A stretch of DNA of 64,000 nucleotides from Octopus sinensis (GCF_006345805.1 NC_043009.1:13578001-13642000), one strand, 5' to 3'; shown: positions 39,226 through 53,755, counted from the stretch's first letter. Notes: generated by a model from the letters alone, not told the origin. Program-made: numbers and translations.

Positions 39226-42200
39226 TGTTCCTTATATGTATTTCTTCGATGACAAAAGATAACTTTTAAGAAGAATGTTTTTTTCGGAAGAATGTTCAAC
39301 GTTATGCGAGAAACTCTGGACTATTAAAAGTTTTTCGTTATACAAGTGTAAGGTCTCGATTCAAGACATGCTGTATATTACTGGTATAACTTTTTACACT
39401 TCACCTTAAAATATTGAAAGAGAAAGCTGGCCTTGTCGTGATTTGAATACAAAAAGTTATTAGTCTCTTCCAACAGAAAGCGTGGAAGACTTATCAACTT
39501 ATACTTTGTTTAAGATATTAAGAAGAAGCAAAAAGATAAGCTTAGTGGGTTTACAAAGATACAAAAACGCTGCAATGCACTGACACGGACACACATTTCA
39601 ATTTGTTGTGTGGCAAACGGCTTTAGGAGATTAGGATCCGAAGAATGTATAATACATCTAAGTCACACAAGTGAGGCAATCTGGCAGGGTTAGTGTTAAT
39701 AAGGACATCAATACTTCATTGAGATGCGTTTGCACCAAGATTAAAAGCCAATAACAAACTTTACAAATACACGGAGAACGAAAGTAAGATTATTAAAAAC
39801 AACCAATAGACAATTAGGCATTAAACCTGGACGTGTTTATGAAAATTATTGTCTGTTTTACCTAATAGAGCATCAACATGGCGTTAATGGTACAATACAC
39901 AATATGTTTTATTATATTTAATTTGTTCCATTACAACTAAAGGAGAGAGATGGAAATACTGATAAAAGAGAAGTAGAAATATGTTTAACATGCTGACTCT
40001 GATAAGCCATCTTCGTGCTATGGAGCGAATGAAAATAAAACGTTAAAATGAATCGTTAAATTTAAACATTTGTTATGATGTGTAGAAATACGCAGCTTAG
40101 CAGCTAATAAATTTTGGCAGACTACAAGCATTTCACCATTGTTGATCAATGAGTTTTTAAATGATTGAATATGTTATTTTACTTGTTACACAAATTTCGC
40201 ATATACCAAAATCCAAAATAGAACGGCGAACCCCAGTAACGTATTAAGTATTAATATGACTTTTTTCAAAAGCACTGTGTCAAATATGCAGAGATATGAT
40301 GGTACTTAGTAAAACATTATATTTATTAAACTCAATAAGTGTTGGAGAATTTATCGTCACTTTTTGGGGGGATATCAATTTGGTTAATATGAATATTCAA
40401 TAGAAATAACATTCGTATGCTTAAAATATAATTTCTCACTAACGTTTCTGAATAAATGAAAATTGCATTTCGGATTCACTATTGTTAACGACCATAGTCG
40501 ATTTATTCTTACACATTTTAACCTTTCTAGTTCATATACTAGTCTTCCTCAACTAGTCTTCCCCAACTCTCAGAAACATTACATAATTTGTTATGTTCAT
40601 CAATTTCAGTGACAGCTGTCAACACACATCTGATTTCTTCGAACAATGATGAAATTCATGACCCATCTTTTCTCGTGGGGGTTGACAGTTTCTTATTTTG
40701 CAATGATTGTAAACGTATTAGCAACGTGTAACAGTGTATGATATTCTTATATTACGTAAGCAATAATCGCCAATATGAGCACAAATATGCCTCATGAATT
40801 TCTTCTTTTCCAATATTGGTCCCGAACATTTCTTAACTCATTCGAATCGACGAAAACGCCCAAATAACTCATAACACTGCATCAATCTGATACGCACATT
40901 GTATTCAATGAAACTTCTTGAGCCGAATACATGAAACCTAATTCATATACATGAGAAGCTTTTGAAAAGATTTTATACATTGGAGATGCTTTCTTTGGTA
41001 TACAGCATCGCAAGTCTTTTCATTCAAACTTGCTCTTCCCTGAATTTTCCTAAACTCACGCCTTCTATTTCATTTTTATCCTTTTCACATTCCCACTGCC
41101 TTTGAAATTCAAGACAGCGCAATAATCACTACATTAAACAAATATTCTTGGATAGTTTCCCTCTTGAGATTTGTTCTCCCTCTGTTTTATTCAATATTTA
41201 AAATTAACTCTAAATCCTACCATTCTTATCAACTTTTGTTTTCATATGAGAAAAGTTTGAAAAAGTTCCAGATACACTTCTTTTTTTGTACTATCGAAAA
41301 TAATCAAATTTAGAGAAGTCTCTGTATTCCATCTATAGCTGAGTTTATTCTGCAACATTATCCGATTGCTAAATACTTTATCTTCAGACATTTTAAGTTC
41401 TTGATTTGTCTGTTATGAAGCCTTTTCCTAAATAGATCTGTCGGTCGAAATCAATATTTACATATTTGTGGATTTCTCACTGTTGTTTCACTGAGAACTG
41501 ACTACTGTCTGCATAATATATTCTCATGGGAGTTGTTCCTCTTTCATGGGGCATCATTCTAATGCTGATTATGAACAGTGCTTCACTTATCATTTAAACA
41601 AGAGTTATTTCCTGAGTAATATTCATCTTATCATCACAAAAGTCTGAATTAATAGTGATAAGCAATTATTTCACTCTGACACTAAAGTTATAAATCTGTC
41701 CATAAGTTTCTTCTTTAGATATATGAAGAACATGAAGGGACATAATAATGAACACCTCCTTTAAAAAAATAGTTGTTTCGTGTTAAAATACTATTGAGTA
41801 CATCAAAAAAAGTATATTTTTTGAAATAAATATTTGATTCTGATTTCGGAATGTATAAACAGTGAAGGTGTCATAAATGAATATTTAATAAGATGAATAT
41901 TTCGTATACAAGTTCTAGACATATAAAATCTTCGTGATATATCCGGCTGTCCTCTAAATTAGGGGACATCACCAATAATAAACTGAACGATTTACTGAAA
42001 CTACTGAGTTAATTGAAGTCTGAAATAATTTCACAAATTACAATTGTATTTATTTTGAAAAAAACTATTATTAATAGGAAACACAATTGAGACACAGTCG
42101 GCTACCACAGTAAAGACATACATTTTCGAATAGTGTTATATACGTGTAACGTTTTACCTCTATTTGAACCAAGGAATATTATGATTAAGACTAGCTCCTT

Positions 42201-42746
42201 ATAAAATTTAATTCCACACTCTCCCAACGACACCCCAGTTCAACTGAATCTTATAGCAGCAATTACTGTTACTTACAAGTTAAAAAATTTCCACTGAGTA
42301 ATTTGATACCAGATCTAAACGGCAAATGCCTCGATAATACACTACGATTTGCGTGATTATTCCTGAAATTTAATAATCTATTTCTGTGTGTCAGTCTCCC
42401 TGCCTGTCTGTCTCACACCCTACTCCACCCTTCCCATTCTCTGTCTCTGACTTGTCAACTAGAATAGAGTGAAAGTAGTGCTAACAAATCTTTTTGCTCA
42501 AGTCATTACTTTATATCCAGAAGATATTGCAGCTTAAACCATTACTCCAAAACTACATTCTTTCAAGAGATACATATGTAGCTAGCCGCTCCTCCATTTG
42601 TCTGGTTTCTGTAGCTAATTGCAGTGAGTCGCTCAAAATTTAAGTAACGACGACATGTTACATTGTTACCAGATTTTAAAACACATGCCATTGAATATTC
42701 AACAAGTATTACACCCAGCACAGCTTTACGTCGGATTATGAATACC

Positions 42747-42979
42747 TTTTTTTTTATTGCCCACAATAGGCTAATCATAGAGGGGACAAACAAGTACAGA
42801 CAAACGGATTAAGTCGATTACATCGACCCCAGTGAGTAACTGGTACTTAATTTATCGACCCCGAAAGGATGAAAAGCAAAGTCGACCTTGGCGGAATTTG
42901 AACTCAGAGCGCAGCGGCGAACGAAATACCACAAAGCATTTCGCCTGGCATGCTAACGTCTCTGCCAACTCGCTGCCTT
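42747..42979 (-). mobile_element. Nin/Deu-like tRNA SINE with 16-bp target-site duplication
   Basis: TCGGATTATGAATACC at 42731-42746 and 42980-42995 flanks the SINE. Confidence 0.93.
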
Positions 42980-45900
42980 TCGGATTATGAATACCGTAGT
43001 GATCAAGAGCTTTGCTATCACACCTTAGAGTAAAAATCAGTCCCACTAGATTGAAGAGAACCCGCGTACTTCTAATGGAATTCTTGTTTATTTAGTTTTA
43101 AATTTTAGGTTTTTTTGTGCTGAATGATAATTCGCAACATTTCAATTTCTACAAGTTTCACGTAAAATATATACTTGTAACTTTCAGCATAACATAGTGG
43201 CTTGGAATTCTGTAGAAAGTGCGACACTGTAAAGCATAACTTGAATTTATGAATACGATCGTGCATAATGCAATCATTACAAAACTCAATTGACTTTACA
43301 AGCATATTATGTAAACGTTGCTGTTATTAAACAGTAAAATGAAATTTATTTTTGTGAGCTTTGGTTACCGTCCACTTTTAAGCCTATATTTTCAAAATGT
43401 TTGTAGAAATCGCTTGACATTTTATTGCTGTTGTATTAAAATGAATTAATACCCATTTAAACTGATCCTGGCCTGCACTATTGGTGGAACATAAAAATAT
43501 GAAGTAGAACATGAAACAAATACGGATTATTCTTGGAATGTAGTTTGTGGCAAAATTTTAGCAGGGTTAAAAATGGGAGACGACATTAGGTAGTATCACG
43601 CTACACGTACCAAATTTTATGTTCCTTCGGAAGTATCGACAATATCTCCACGGCAAATTTCTATATAACACAAGAAATGAATAAGACCCCGCACTCGTGA
43701 CTCAAGCCGCCAAACACAGTCATTCAGAGGCCTTTGAATGTGCTTAGGTCCTTCCTGTTCAGGGTCAAAAAATGACTGAGACATCTTTGAAATGTTATGC
43801 GAGTCCAGAAAAAACACTGTTGAACATCGGCCATATTTGTCCAGCGTATCCTAAACAATTTCAAAAACTCCAGTGGGTTATAAGAAGTATCGCCGGGTAT
43901 CAAATGATTTCAGCCAGCGTTCGGATATGTGGTATATGTGGTATATGAAAACATCAGATACATTTCCTATGCGATTCACTTCGCAACCACATAACTATGA
44001 GTGCACAATTTCTATAACTTTGAATATATTTGAGAGAACGAAACAACTATAAAATACGTTGGTAGAAAATATTGGCGATTTCACTGAGGTTACCACAATA
44101 ATAATTGCATATGTTTGAGCGAGCGCGTGTATATATTTGTGTGTGTATATATGTCTGTGTAATTGCGTGTGTGCGTAAATGACTGCAGTTCTTCATGCCG
44201 GGGAAGAATGGCGTAAAATACTAGTGACATTCATGCCCTATAGGGTTAGGGTGACAACCACCTAGATGAACATAATGTACATTTGGGTCACTCTTTAAAC
44301 ATTAATCGTTACAGTTAGTATTAAACGACATATTAAGCCAATAAAAAGTGTAAAAAAAAGTTTTGCAGCATCGATTTAGAAGTTATCCCATTATATATTA
44401 TAATCTCGTAGGAATTAGAGATGGTAAAAACTTCTAAATCTTCGACCGTATATCGAAACCGGGTCACGTTCATATCGCAATGGACATGTTTTTATACAAT
44501 AATTTTATGTATATCTACACATTATTTGTTAACGACATGGTCGCACTTGCTGTATTTTAGAACATTTTATTTATTTTAATTTGATTGCATTTCAGTTTTT
44601 GAAAGATATAATTATGTTAAAACAGAAGACTGTTTCAGGTATATATTTCTATTCCGTCTTGCAACTATGGATGACTTAAACTAAGTACCTCAAACAAGTT
44701 AGTTCTTAGTTTTATAACTCCACCGCTTCATACACTAGACAGAAGTCCCTCTGTTGTGGCACTTATTCGCTGCTAATGACCTGTGTACATCAATGGTTCT
44801 CAGAAAATGAGGCACGTTGTATTTTTGTATTGAAAAACTGTCTCAGTGCGTTGCAATTTTTAAAAATATAATTCTCTGCTCGAGAAAACATACTAACGTT
44901 TGATCATCTTCGAAAACAATTTTTTGTATATAATTTAATAATGCAACAATATGATTAATAAAAGAAAACGAGAAATATGTTTCTATATTTTTTTGTAAAC
45001 TTTCAAGTTCAAAACAATTTTCAAGTGAAATGCGCCAGCAATTTTTAACTTTTCAGGCGAAGTGCGCCAAGAATTCTCTTTGATCTTCAGACTATTGCGA
45101 AGTCAAAAAGACTGACAACTGTTGACGGTTATTGAACAGTTTTCCTCAACGCATATGCATCTTTGCAAAGGAAATAGTGCAGAACTTAAGGCAATGTACA
45201 AACTTACAATATTTTGTTCCGATCATATTTTCATATAAATTTTATAATTTTTTTCTTCCATTTCTCTTTATATTTTGTAGTACTTCAACTTTTCCCATTT
45301 TTTTTCTTTGAGTTTTATAAAAAAAATTTAACAATTTTCTATTACGAAAGTGAAATATATCTCAGTAACATGCAAGCAATTAAGAACTATCAAGATTCCA
45401 TTTCAATCTAATAAATCTACGTTCTTATTAAAACTAATGATTTATTTCACCATTTGCTCTTATTCTACTATTCAATTATTCCACAGTCATGCAATAGCGA
45501 ACATCTTAGCAGCATTACCCAACCAACCATTGCAGTCAGCTCTTGTGTAGTTACAATTTTCTCTGTAATTTTATACGACAATTGTTGAGCTCTTATAACC
45601 TACAGAGACAATTAGAAGACAATATCACATTTGACACTAAATAATTATATTATTTCCAATACTTGATCGGATGGTTTTGTGTTTCTTTCTTTCTTCTGTT
45701 TCCATCTAATCTAAATAGTCTTTGTATGTACGCCGGTAGTTTTCGATATTTTCCGAATATTTACGAAAAATAAATCCGCACTTCGCTGGGACAGTGTAAA
45801 CACACTACACATAACAAACATAAGTGCAAGTATACATATAAGCACACATAAATATGTATATGTGTGCGTGTGAATTATGTGTTTGTGTGTGCATGTGTGT

Positions 45901-46015
45901 GTGTGTAGAGAGAGAGAGAGATAGAGTTTCTTAGTAAGCCACGAATTTGAATTTATTTGATATATAATTGGTAATCAACGTACGTGCTCTAGTTTACCTA
46001 TGTTCTGTGAAGCTA

Positions 46016-47269
46016 ATGAGTTGTCCGGAAAGTTCGTGCCGATTTTTAAAGAAAGATAGAAAAAAAGGTCAATAAATACTTGCCATTGCATTTTTAATCA
46101 ACCAAATATGAACCATTTTGTTGCACAATGCGTCTCCATCATTCCTTTAACTTGAAAATACCCTCTTCTCAGAATTGGGGTGGTTTCATGGCAAAGAATT
46201 CATCAAGGTATCTTTTTACGTCATCCAAGGAATTGAAATTTTTACCATTAAGACTATTCTGCAGAGACCTGAATAAGTGGAAATCCGAAGGAGCAATATC
46301 TGGTGGATATGGAGGGTGGGGTAACACATCCCAGCGGAGCTGCAGCAAAGAAACGTGCGGTCGGTCTTGCATTATCATGTTGGAAAACAACACCCTTCAT
46401 GTTGGCCAATTCTGGACGTTTCTCTTGAATTGCTCCTTTTAAATGTCCAGTTGTGTGCAGTATTTCTCAGAATTAATTGCCTGGTTACTTGGGAGTAGCT
46501 CATAGTAGAGAGCTTTCCTTTCCAATCCCACCAAACACAAAGCAAGACTTTTTAGGGTGAAGACCCGCTTTTGGGGTGGCTAAGGGTGGCTCACGTTGCT
46601 TACTCCAGGGTCGCTTTCTCTGAACATTTCGGTAGATAATCTATTTCTCATCACCTGTCACAATTTGCGTTAAAAAAGTTGCGTCTTCATTCCGTTTATA
46701 AAGCGAATCACAGATGGAAATGCGATCCAAAAGGTTCTTCTCACTCAACTAATATGGTACCCAAACATCGTAGCGATTTGTGTACCCAAGCTTTACCAGG
46801 TGCTCATGAACGATGGATGTTGATAGGTTTAAGCTTTCTGCCAATTCTCGGGTTGTGCAATGTGGGTTATTCTCAATGAATGACTTGATTTGCTGATCAT
46901 CTGTAGTGGATGGTCTGTCTGATCGCTCTGTATCAATAAGGCTAGAATCTCCAGCTCGGAACATTACGAACCACTTCCGTACAGTTCTTTCGGATAAAGA
47001 AACATCACAGTAAACTGTGCATGTTCTTTGGTTGCTTGTGAGGCATTTTTCCCTTTACGGAAAAAGAAAAGCATCAAGTGCCGAAAATGAACTTTCTTAT
47101 CTTCCAGTTTAAAGGGTTACAGAATTAATACAGGTTATAGGAACATAAACCTTCTTCCACGAAAAGATAGCTTTAACTGTGCTCTAAATGGAGGTGTAGT
47201 CAAATCCTATTTTATGGACTCAACCATGTTCTAAAATAAGTCGAAAAGTAAGCTTTCCGGACAACCCAA
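46016..47269 (-). mobile_element. Full-length mariner, pseudogenised
   Basis: TIR TTGGGTTGTCCGGAAAG (left degenerate ATGAGTTGTCCGGAAAG) with TA both sides; HFRHLMLF, WVP, HDNARP, HPPYPPDIAPSDFHLF. Confidence 0.95.
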
Positions 47270-47299
47270 TATTTCAGGAAACCGGTACCACCCAAAATT

Positions 47300-47733
47300 G
47301 ATAACTATTGGCATTTGATTGGCTAGCCACTACTTGTACATGATTTCTTTTTCCCTGAGGTCTGCTCTCCGGTACTGTGGGCTTCATAAATGCCGCGGCG
47401 GAATTATGGAGGATTCTTTCAGCCTACATACACATTCAAAATCCATTATAGTACTGGCTACCGCAAGATTCCCCTATGGCCCGAGCAAGTGGGCTGTAGA
47501 GACACGAGACGGTAAAACGTCAGACGGCATAACAATTTTCCCGTTCCGCGGTGGTAGGGCCTTCTGCCTGGATGCCACGTGCTGCGCCACCTTCTTTAAT
47601 TGCAAACTTGCGTCTTCGGCTGCCAACCCAGGATTTGCTGCTCTCTCTCTCTCTGTCTCTCATGCAGTCTGTCTGTCTCTCTGTCAGTCTCACCCTCTCT
47701 CTCTCTCCCTCACTCAGTCTGTCTGTCTCTCTG

Positions 47734-47770
<37 letters not shown>

Positions 47771-47870
47771 GAATTGTGGTCGAGCCTGTGGCAGTGGAGA
47801 CGCCGTCATTCTTAGTCAGCGAAGTCCTTGCTCACTGCTGTCAGGGCAAGTGCCGACTCCGTGAGTCGGA
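47300..47870 (+). promoter_or_regulatory. Candidate promoter / non-coding first exon
   Basis: Locally GC/CpG-rich sequence not matching other window repeats; NF-Y-type TGATTGGCT 47316-47324; CACGTG E-box ~47576; long CT tract; donor-like GTGAGT at 47861. Motifs only, no transcript evidence. Confidence 0.3.
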
Positions 47871-48674
47871 GCGACTGTTTCACTGCGTTTCCCTCGCCAT
47901 ATCCTCCGGAGTAACACCTTTTCCGTCTTGTTCAACAGGACCACGAAGCCGACTGACAAGTCTTATATCCCTTAAATCCAATGTCTATTAGCTCAACATT
48001 CTACCTCTGTAACTATCCACTGTATTTTGTACTCTCTCTTTCATTCTCACTCCCCATTCCCTCTCTCTCTCTCCCTCTCCCTCTCCCTCTATTTCTTTCA
48101 ACACATTAAAAATGTCTTCATCTAAGATGTCAGCGAAAATACTGATATGTGCTTGAACATTGGTAACATTAAGAAAATAAAATTCAAAATCAAAACGAAG
48201 AGCAAACGAACACACTAAAGAATATAATTAAATAAAATTCAAGAGATGGATGATGTAAAGTTGGTGTGCATGTGAGTGGGTATATCAATATGAATGAGTG
48301 TGTGCATACGTAAGTATTTAAAACAATATGTAAAGATATAAATGTCCGTTTATAAGAGGCATATATGTATATATATATATGTTTATATGCATACATTCTT
48401 TTTTATAGTGGACTTTTATAATTTTCTGCAATTTTATATTAACAATTTTTTTACACCAGTTTTGCATATTTATGATTTTCATTTATATTATTCTTCACCC
48501 ACACAATCTCATATATACGTACACACACACACACATACTTTATGCACACATTTTATATATTTCTATAAGCACACAACACGCACACACAGACACACACACA
48601 TAGGGGTATATATGTATATATATATATATAAGAAATTAAAATAGGAAAATACACACACTTACATAGATTTAATA

Positions 48675-48760
<86 letters not shown>

Positions 48761-48764
<4 letters not shown>

Positions 48765-49723
48765 ATAAACTGCGAATTTTACTATAAATTTACATTATTT
48801 GTTCCTACGTACATCTCTGACAAGTTGGTTTCTTGGAACCGTGTATTGATGTTTCAAGTGCATTTGGATGCTTAACTAGAACTGATGATCAGTGAATCTT
48901 TATTGAATTAAGTTACGTAAAACTAATGTAGTATCTTCCCCATTTGCTTCGTACTTCATTACTAGTAATACTATTAAGGATACTAGTTTCTTAACAACTA
49001 CTATCTGGAAGAAGACTGGACCATGGTGATCTACGAATGAGTGATAAATACCGCATTCATTCATTCGCACCGTTTAATATTTATATAAAATGCCCCCAAC
49101 ACTAGATGAGCACGAAACACAAATATAGAACGAAAATCATAGAGGACATGACACATTGGTAGTCGTTTCCACTCACAAATAAAGAATGTTATCCGTCAAT
49201 GCCGTGTTCACCCTTAGTATCATTGTTCGATTATATATATACTAGCAAACGCCCCCCCCCGTCCATTGAACGGTTGTATGGGTGAAGAGGATCAACTTGG
49301 ACGGTGTTATTGAAGTTTTAATCATACACTAGACAGGCCATAAAGATGACAAAATAACGATTCTCACTTTGAAACTGACAATTTTGAAAATCCTTTTAGA
49401 TTGCGAAATGCTCCACTCGCTTATGTATCCATGTTTAAGATTTCAGCGCGATCGGATGAACAATACTTGGTTATAAACGCACAAAAAACAGACAGAACGG
49501 GATTTATATATTAGTTAAGCCAATGAGGGAGACCTCTACATTGTAGCTAGACGTCGTAGATATAGTAGCCAAATCTCCCTTAAGACACTCTACTATCTTA
49601 TGTATGTATGTATGTATGTATGTATATATTAACAGTTCCCTGGCTTTTTGCATTTGACGACTGTTGCTTTAAGTTAGATAATCGTATTGAGCCCTCTACG
49701 TATAGAGAAAGAGGGGGTACAGG

Positions 49724-49754
<31 letters not shown>

Positions 49755-50044
49755 GAAAGGAGAGAGACAGCATAGCGACGGTTTTGGTTGACTGTCATCC
49801 TCTACTCACCTTGTTGCCAGCGAGATGGTATGTGCTAGATGTCTGAGCAACTCGTCGTTTTTAATGAACAGCGTGGCGGAAGAAACAAGACAAAAAGATT
49901 GCAGAAATAGCGATTCTTACTTTCAAACTGACAATATTGAAAATCTCTCTCATGTATCCATGTTATGTTTAAAATTTTAGCGTGATCGAATGAAGAATAT
50001 TTCGAGTAATAAGCTCACAAACAGACAGACAGAACGGGATTTAT

Positions 50045-50091
<47 letters not shown>

Positions 50092-51373
50092 ATATAACTG
50101 CGAATTTACTATAAATTTTACATTATTTGTTCCTACGTACATCTCTGACAAGTATGGTTTCTTGGAACCGTGTATTTGATGTTTCAAGTGCATTTGGATG
50201 CTTAACTAGAACTGATGATCAGTGAACTCTTTATTGAATTAAGTTACGTAAAACTAATGTAGTATCTTCCACATTTGCTTCGTACTTCATTACTAGTAAT
50301 ACTATTAAGGATACTAGTTTCTTAACAACTATACTGGAAGAAGACTGGACCATGGTGATCTACGAATGAGTGATAAATACCGCATTCATTCATTCGCACC
50401 GTTTAATATTTATATAAAAATGCCCCCAACACTAGATGAGCACGAAACACAAATATAGAACGAAAATCATAGAGGACATGACACCATTGGTAGTCGTTTC
50501 CACTCACAAATAAAGAATGTTATCCGTCAATGCCGTGTTCAGCCCTTAGTATCATTGTTCGATATATATATATACTAGCAAACGCCCCCGCCCCGTCCAT
50601 TGAACGGTTTGTATGGGTGAAGAGGATCAACTTGGACGGTGTTATTGAAGTTTTAATCATACACTAGACAGGCCATAAAGATGACAAAAATAACGATTCT
50701 CACTTTGAAACTGACAATTTTGAAAATCCTTTTAGATTGCGAAATGCTCCACTCGCTTATGTATCCATGTTTAAGATTTCAGCGCGATCGGATGAACAAT
50801 ACTTGAGTTATAAACGCACAAAAAACAGACAGAACGGGATTTATATATTAGTTAAGCCAATGAGGGAGACCTCTACATTGTAGCTAGACGTCGTAGATAT
50901 AGTAGCCAAATCTCCCTTAAGACACTCTACTATCTTATGTATGTATGTATGTATGTATGTATATATTAACAGTTCCCTGGCTTTTTGCATTTGACGACTG
51001 TTGCTTTAAGTTAGATAATCGTATTGAGCCCTCTACGTATAGAGAAAGAGGGGGTACAGGGAGAGAGAGAGAGAGAGAGAGAGAAAGAGGAAAGGAGAGA
51101 GACAGCATAGCGACGGTTTTGGTTGACTGTCATCCTCTACTCACCTTGTTGCCAGCGAGATGGTATGTGCTAGATGTCTGAGCAACTCGTCGTTTTTAAT
51201 GAACAGCGTGGCGGAAGAAACAAGACAAAAAGATTGCAGAAATAGCGATTCTTACTTTCAAACTGACAATATTGAAAATCTCTCTCATGTATCCATGTTA
51301 TGTTTAAAATTTTAGCGTGATCGAATGAAGAATATTTCGAGTAATAAGCTCACAAACAGACAGACAGAACGGG

Positions 51374-51380
<7 letters not shown>
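48761..51380 (+). repeat. ~1.33-kb near-identical tandem duplication (48761-50045 / 50092-51380)
   Basis: Colinear copies; the differences I saw are mostly 1-bp indels, with a few substitutions. Confidence 0.97.
49241..49514 (+). mobile_element. Short Helitron/Helentron-like non-autonomous element (also 50574-50851; diverged 3' halves at ~49905-50045 and ~51240-51380)
   Basis: Starts ACTAGC, subterminal CCCGT/ACGGG inversion and CCGT..ACGG hairpin, ends ACAGACAGAACGGGATTTATATATTAG; resemblance to Lep1/HINE-type architecture is inference. Confidence 0.45.
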
Positions 51381-51432
<52 letters not shown>

Positions 51433-51820
51433 TATAATAAATTAATAAATAAAACATATGCATATATACATACATATATGTACGTACCTACCTCTACGTG
51501 TATATATACATACATATATGGGTACCGGACACCCAAAAAAACGTCGAACACAATGAGAGACGAAAACATAAACACAAAAACAAGGAAATGGACATTACTT
51601 TTAAACAACGAAAAAATAGAGTACAGGACATACAAAACAAGGAAAATTCCACTTCTTCAGTCGCCTTAATTTCATCTACTCCACGTTTCGAAGGTCAACG
51701 GCTGTTAAGCCAAACGAAATAAAAAAATTTTACGAACGCTATTTTTTGAGAACGGCAGAGAGCAACAGATTTTACCGTCTCTACTTGAAGGAGGCCAGGA
51801 GAAGAAAGACAGTGGGACCC

Positions 51821-51870
<50 letters not shown>

Positions 51871-51950
51871 AAGAAAAGAAATGGATCGATAATTAACAAT
51901 GAGAAGTGGGTAATTGGTGTTAAAAAGTCATTATTGAATTGTAGTTCGGA

Positions 51951-52033
51951 ATCATTTACAGCTGTTTCTGTTTATTAAATCGGAGTAAATTTACATTTAC
52001 CTCGTTGGATTTGACAAACATCTACAGAATGGT
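51951..52033 (-). ncRNA. Type-I hammerhead fold D with core substitution (CUGUAGA)
   Basis: ACCAUU CUGUAGA UGUUU[..GUAAAU-GUAA-AUUUAC..]AAACA GAAA C-AGCU-G UA^ AAUGAU; ~90 nt downstream it ends in (TA)n. Confidence 0.68.
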
Positions 52034-53724
52034 TTTAGAGGGAAGAGAAAGTCAAAGAAAAAGAAAAAGGGAAAGGGGAAAATGTTGGTTAATTCTTTGG
52101 CTTATATTTTAGTGGAACTGGTGACCAAAATCAAGGAACTGTCGAGCATCTTTACGTGAAAGGTGAGCTTGGTGACTTGAATAAGTTGTTATCTACCTGC
52201 CTTAATCCAGTTCATATTCATTGATTTTTTTTTTAAATACTTTTATTTTTGGACGGGTTATCATAGTTTTTCCTTTTATGCAAATTTAGCTTGAAACTGT
52301 AAGTCAGATTATTAGGGGGATTCGAATAATTTCTAATACAATGCAATGTACATTGCATTTTGTATGTACATCACAAAATCTACAGACCTGTGAAACTTAC
52401 CAGAAGTATTGAAAGACAGCAAAGATAGTTTGTTTAACAGCAAGCGATATTAAGTTTTATGACAAACGCAGTTCTACTTTTAGGATATATGTATATTGCG
52501 CGATGTAAAAAGTAATGATGGAGAAAATACAGAAATATATTAGAAGATTATGAAAGTAATATGCACAAGCCTTAACAGATATTATGAAATGCTGTGAGAT
52601 TATCGTTGAGATATGTACATATCTAGAATTAGTGCCGTCATAAAGTCAAATAGGGTAATGTTACAGGTGATGATGTTTTAAAAGCTACACAAATTTTATG
52701 AGGACGCAACAAATATATGGGAAGTCCTCACAAATATTTTATAATCACGGCGCATAAAAGATGAAATTACTATAGAGCAATTTCCAATAAATATGAACGA
52801 AGTTACCAATAAAAATATACGGAGAAAACAAGAATCTTTTAAGGGCAATAGAACGTATTATCTACTCGGTAGTGCATCAAAATGCTGCGAGCTTATCATA
52901 AAGATGTTTTTAGTAGTGATTGTAATGTTAAGAAGCGAAAAAGGCACCAGTGTTTAAAATGGATCTAGATTTTTTTTTTAAATACCATGGTGCAGTTAAA
53001 AGAATATCATATAATACAGCATATGTGTACGGAGCGAGCAAAAAACAAATATCACAGTTTCAGATCTCAGAAGAGTAAGATAAAGGCTACTGATCTCTTT
53101 CTTACAGGTAACTTTAATTATATATTGTGACTTGAAATATATTTTACTACAGAATAACTTTAATTGATAGGCCTTTGTATCGTTCACATAGAAGCACACA
53201 CACGTACAAACACACGCACGTACACACATACACATGTTCATGCATATGTGTATGCATATATATATATATGTGTGTATGTGTGTGTGTGTGTATAGATAGT
53301 TAGATGTTGATTGATGAATGCGCATGTATTCTTCAATATAAGAGTATGTGTATGTTTTATATAATGAAATATCTACACATAATATAATACATACATATGT
53401 GCACATATAAACACATGTGTAAGCATGAAATATATTCATCACATAAAAGTCGGTGCCTTCCATTGATCACGAGTCTCGTGATAAGCCGAAGGCGAAGTTT
53501 AAGTTTAGTCATGTTTTTTTTTATATAAAAAGTCTGTGTCCAGTACACACAACGTAAAGCGTTTTCCGTTGCACAATGTCAACATAATACACACATACAC
53601 GCACACATGCTTACAAACATGAACAAAGATATGCACACACCTTCATGCATATATGGAAATAAGGGTATATATAAGTTTGTATGTGTGCCTGTGTATGTTC
53701 ATGTGTGTGTGCGGTTTGGCACAC

Positions 53725-53755
<31 letters not shown>

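Noticed and set aside
43500-43960. Possible Tc1-like C-terminal relic (ORF 43617..43817)
   Set aside because: Motif similarity too weak to call.
44350-44475. GAAAC-CGG-GUC with a 12-bp upstream inverted repeat
   Set aside because: CUGANGA core is not recognisable; at best a very old decayed hammerhead.
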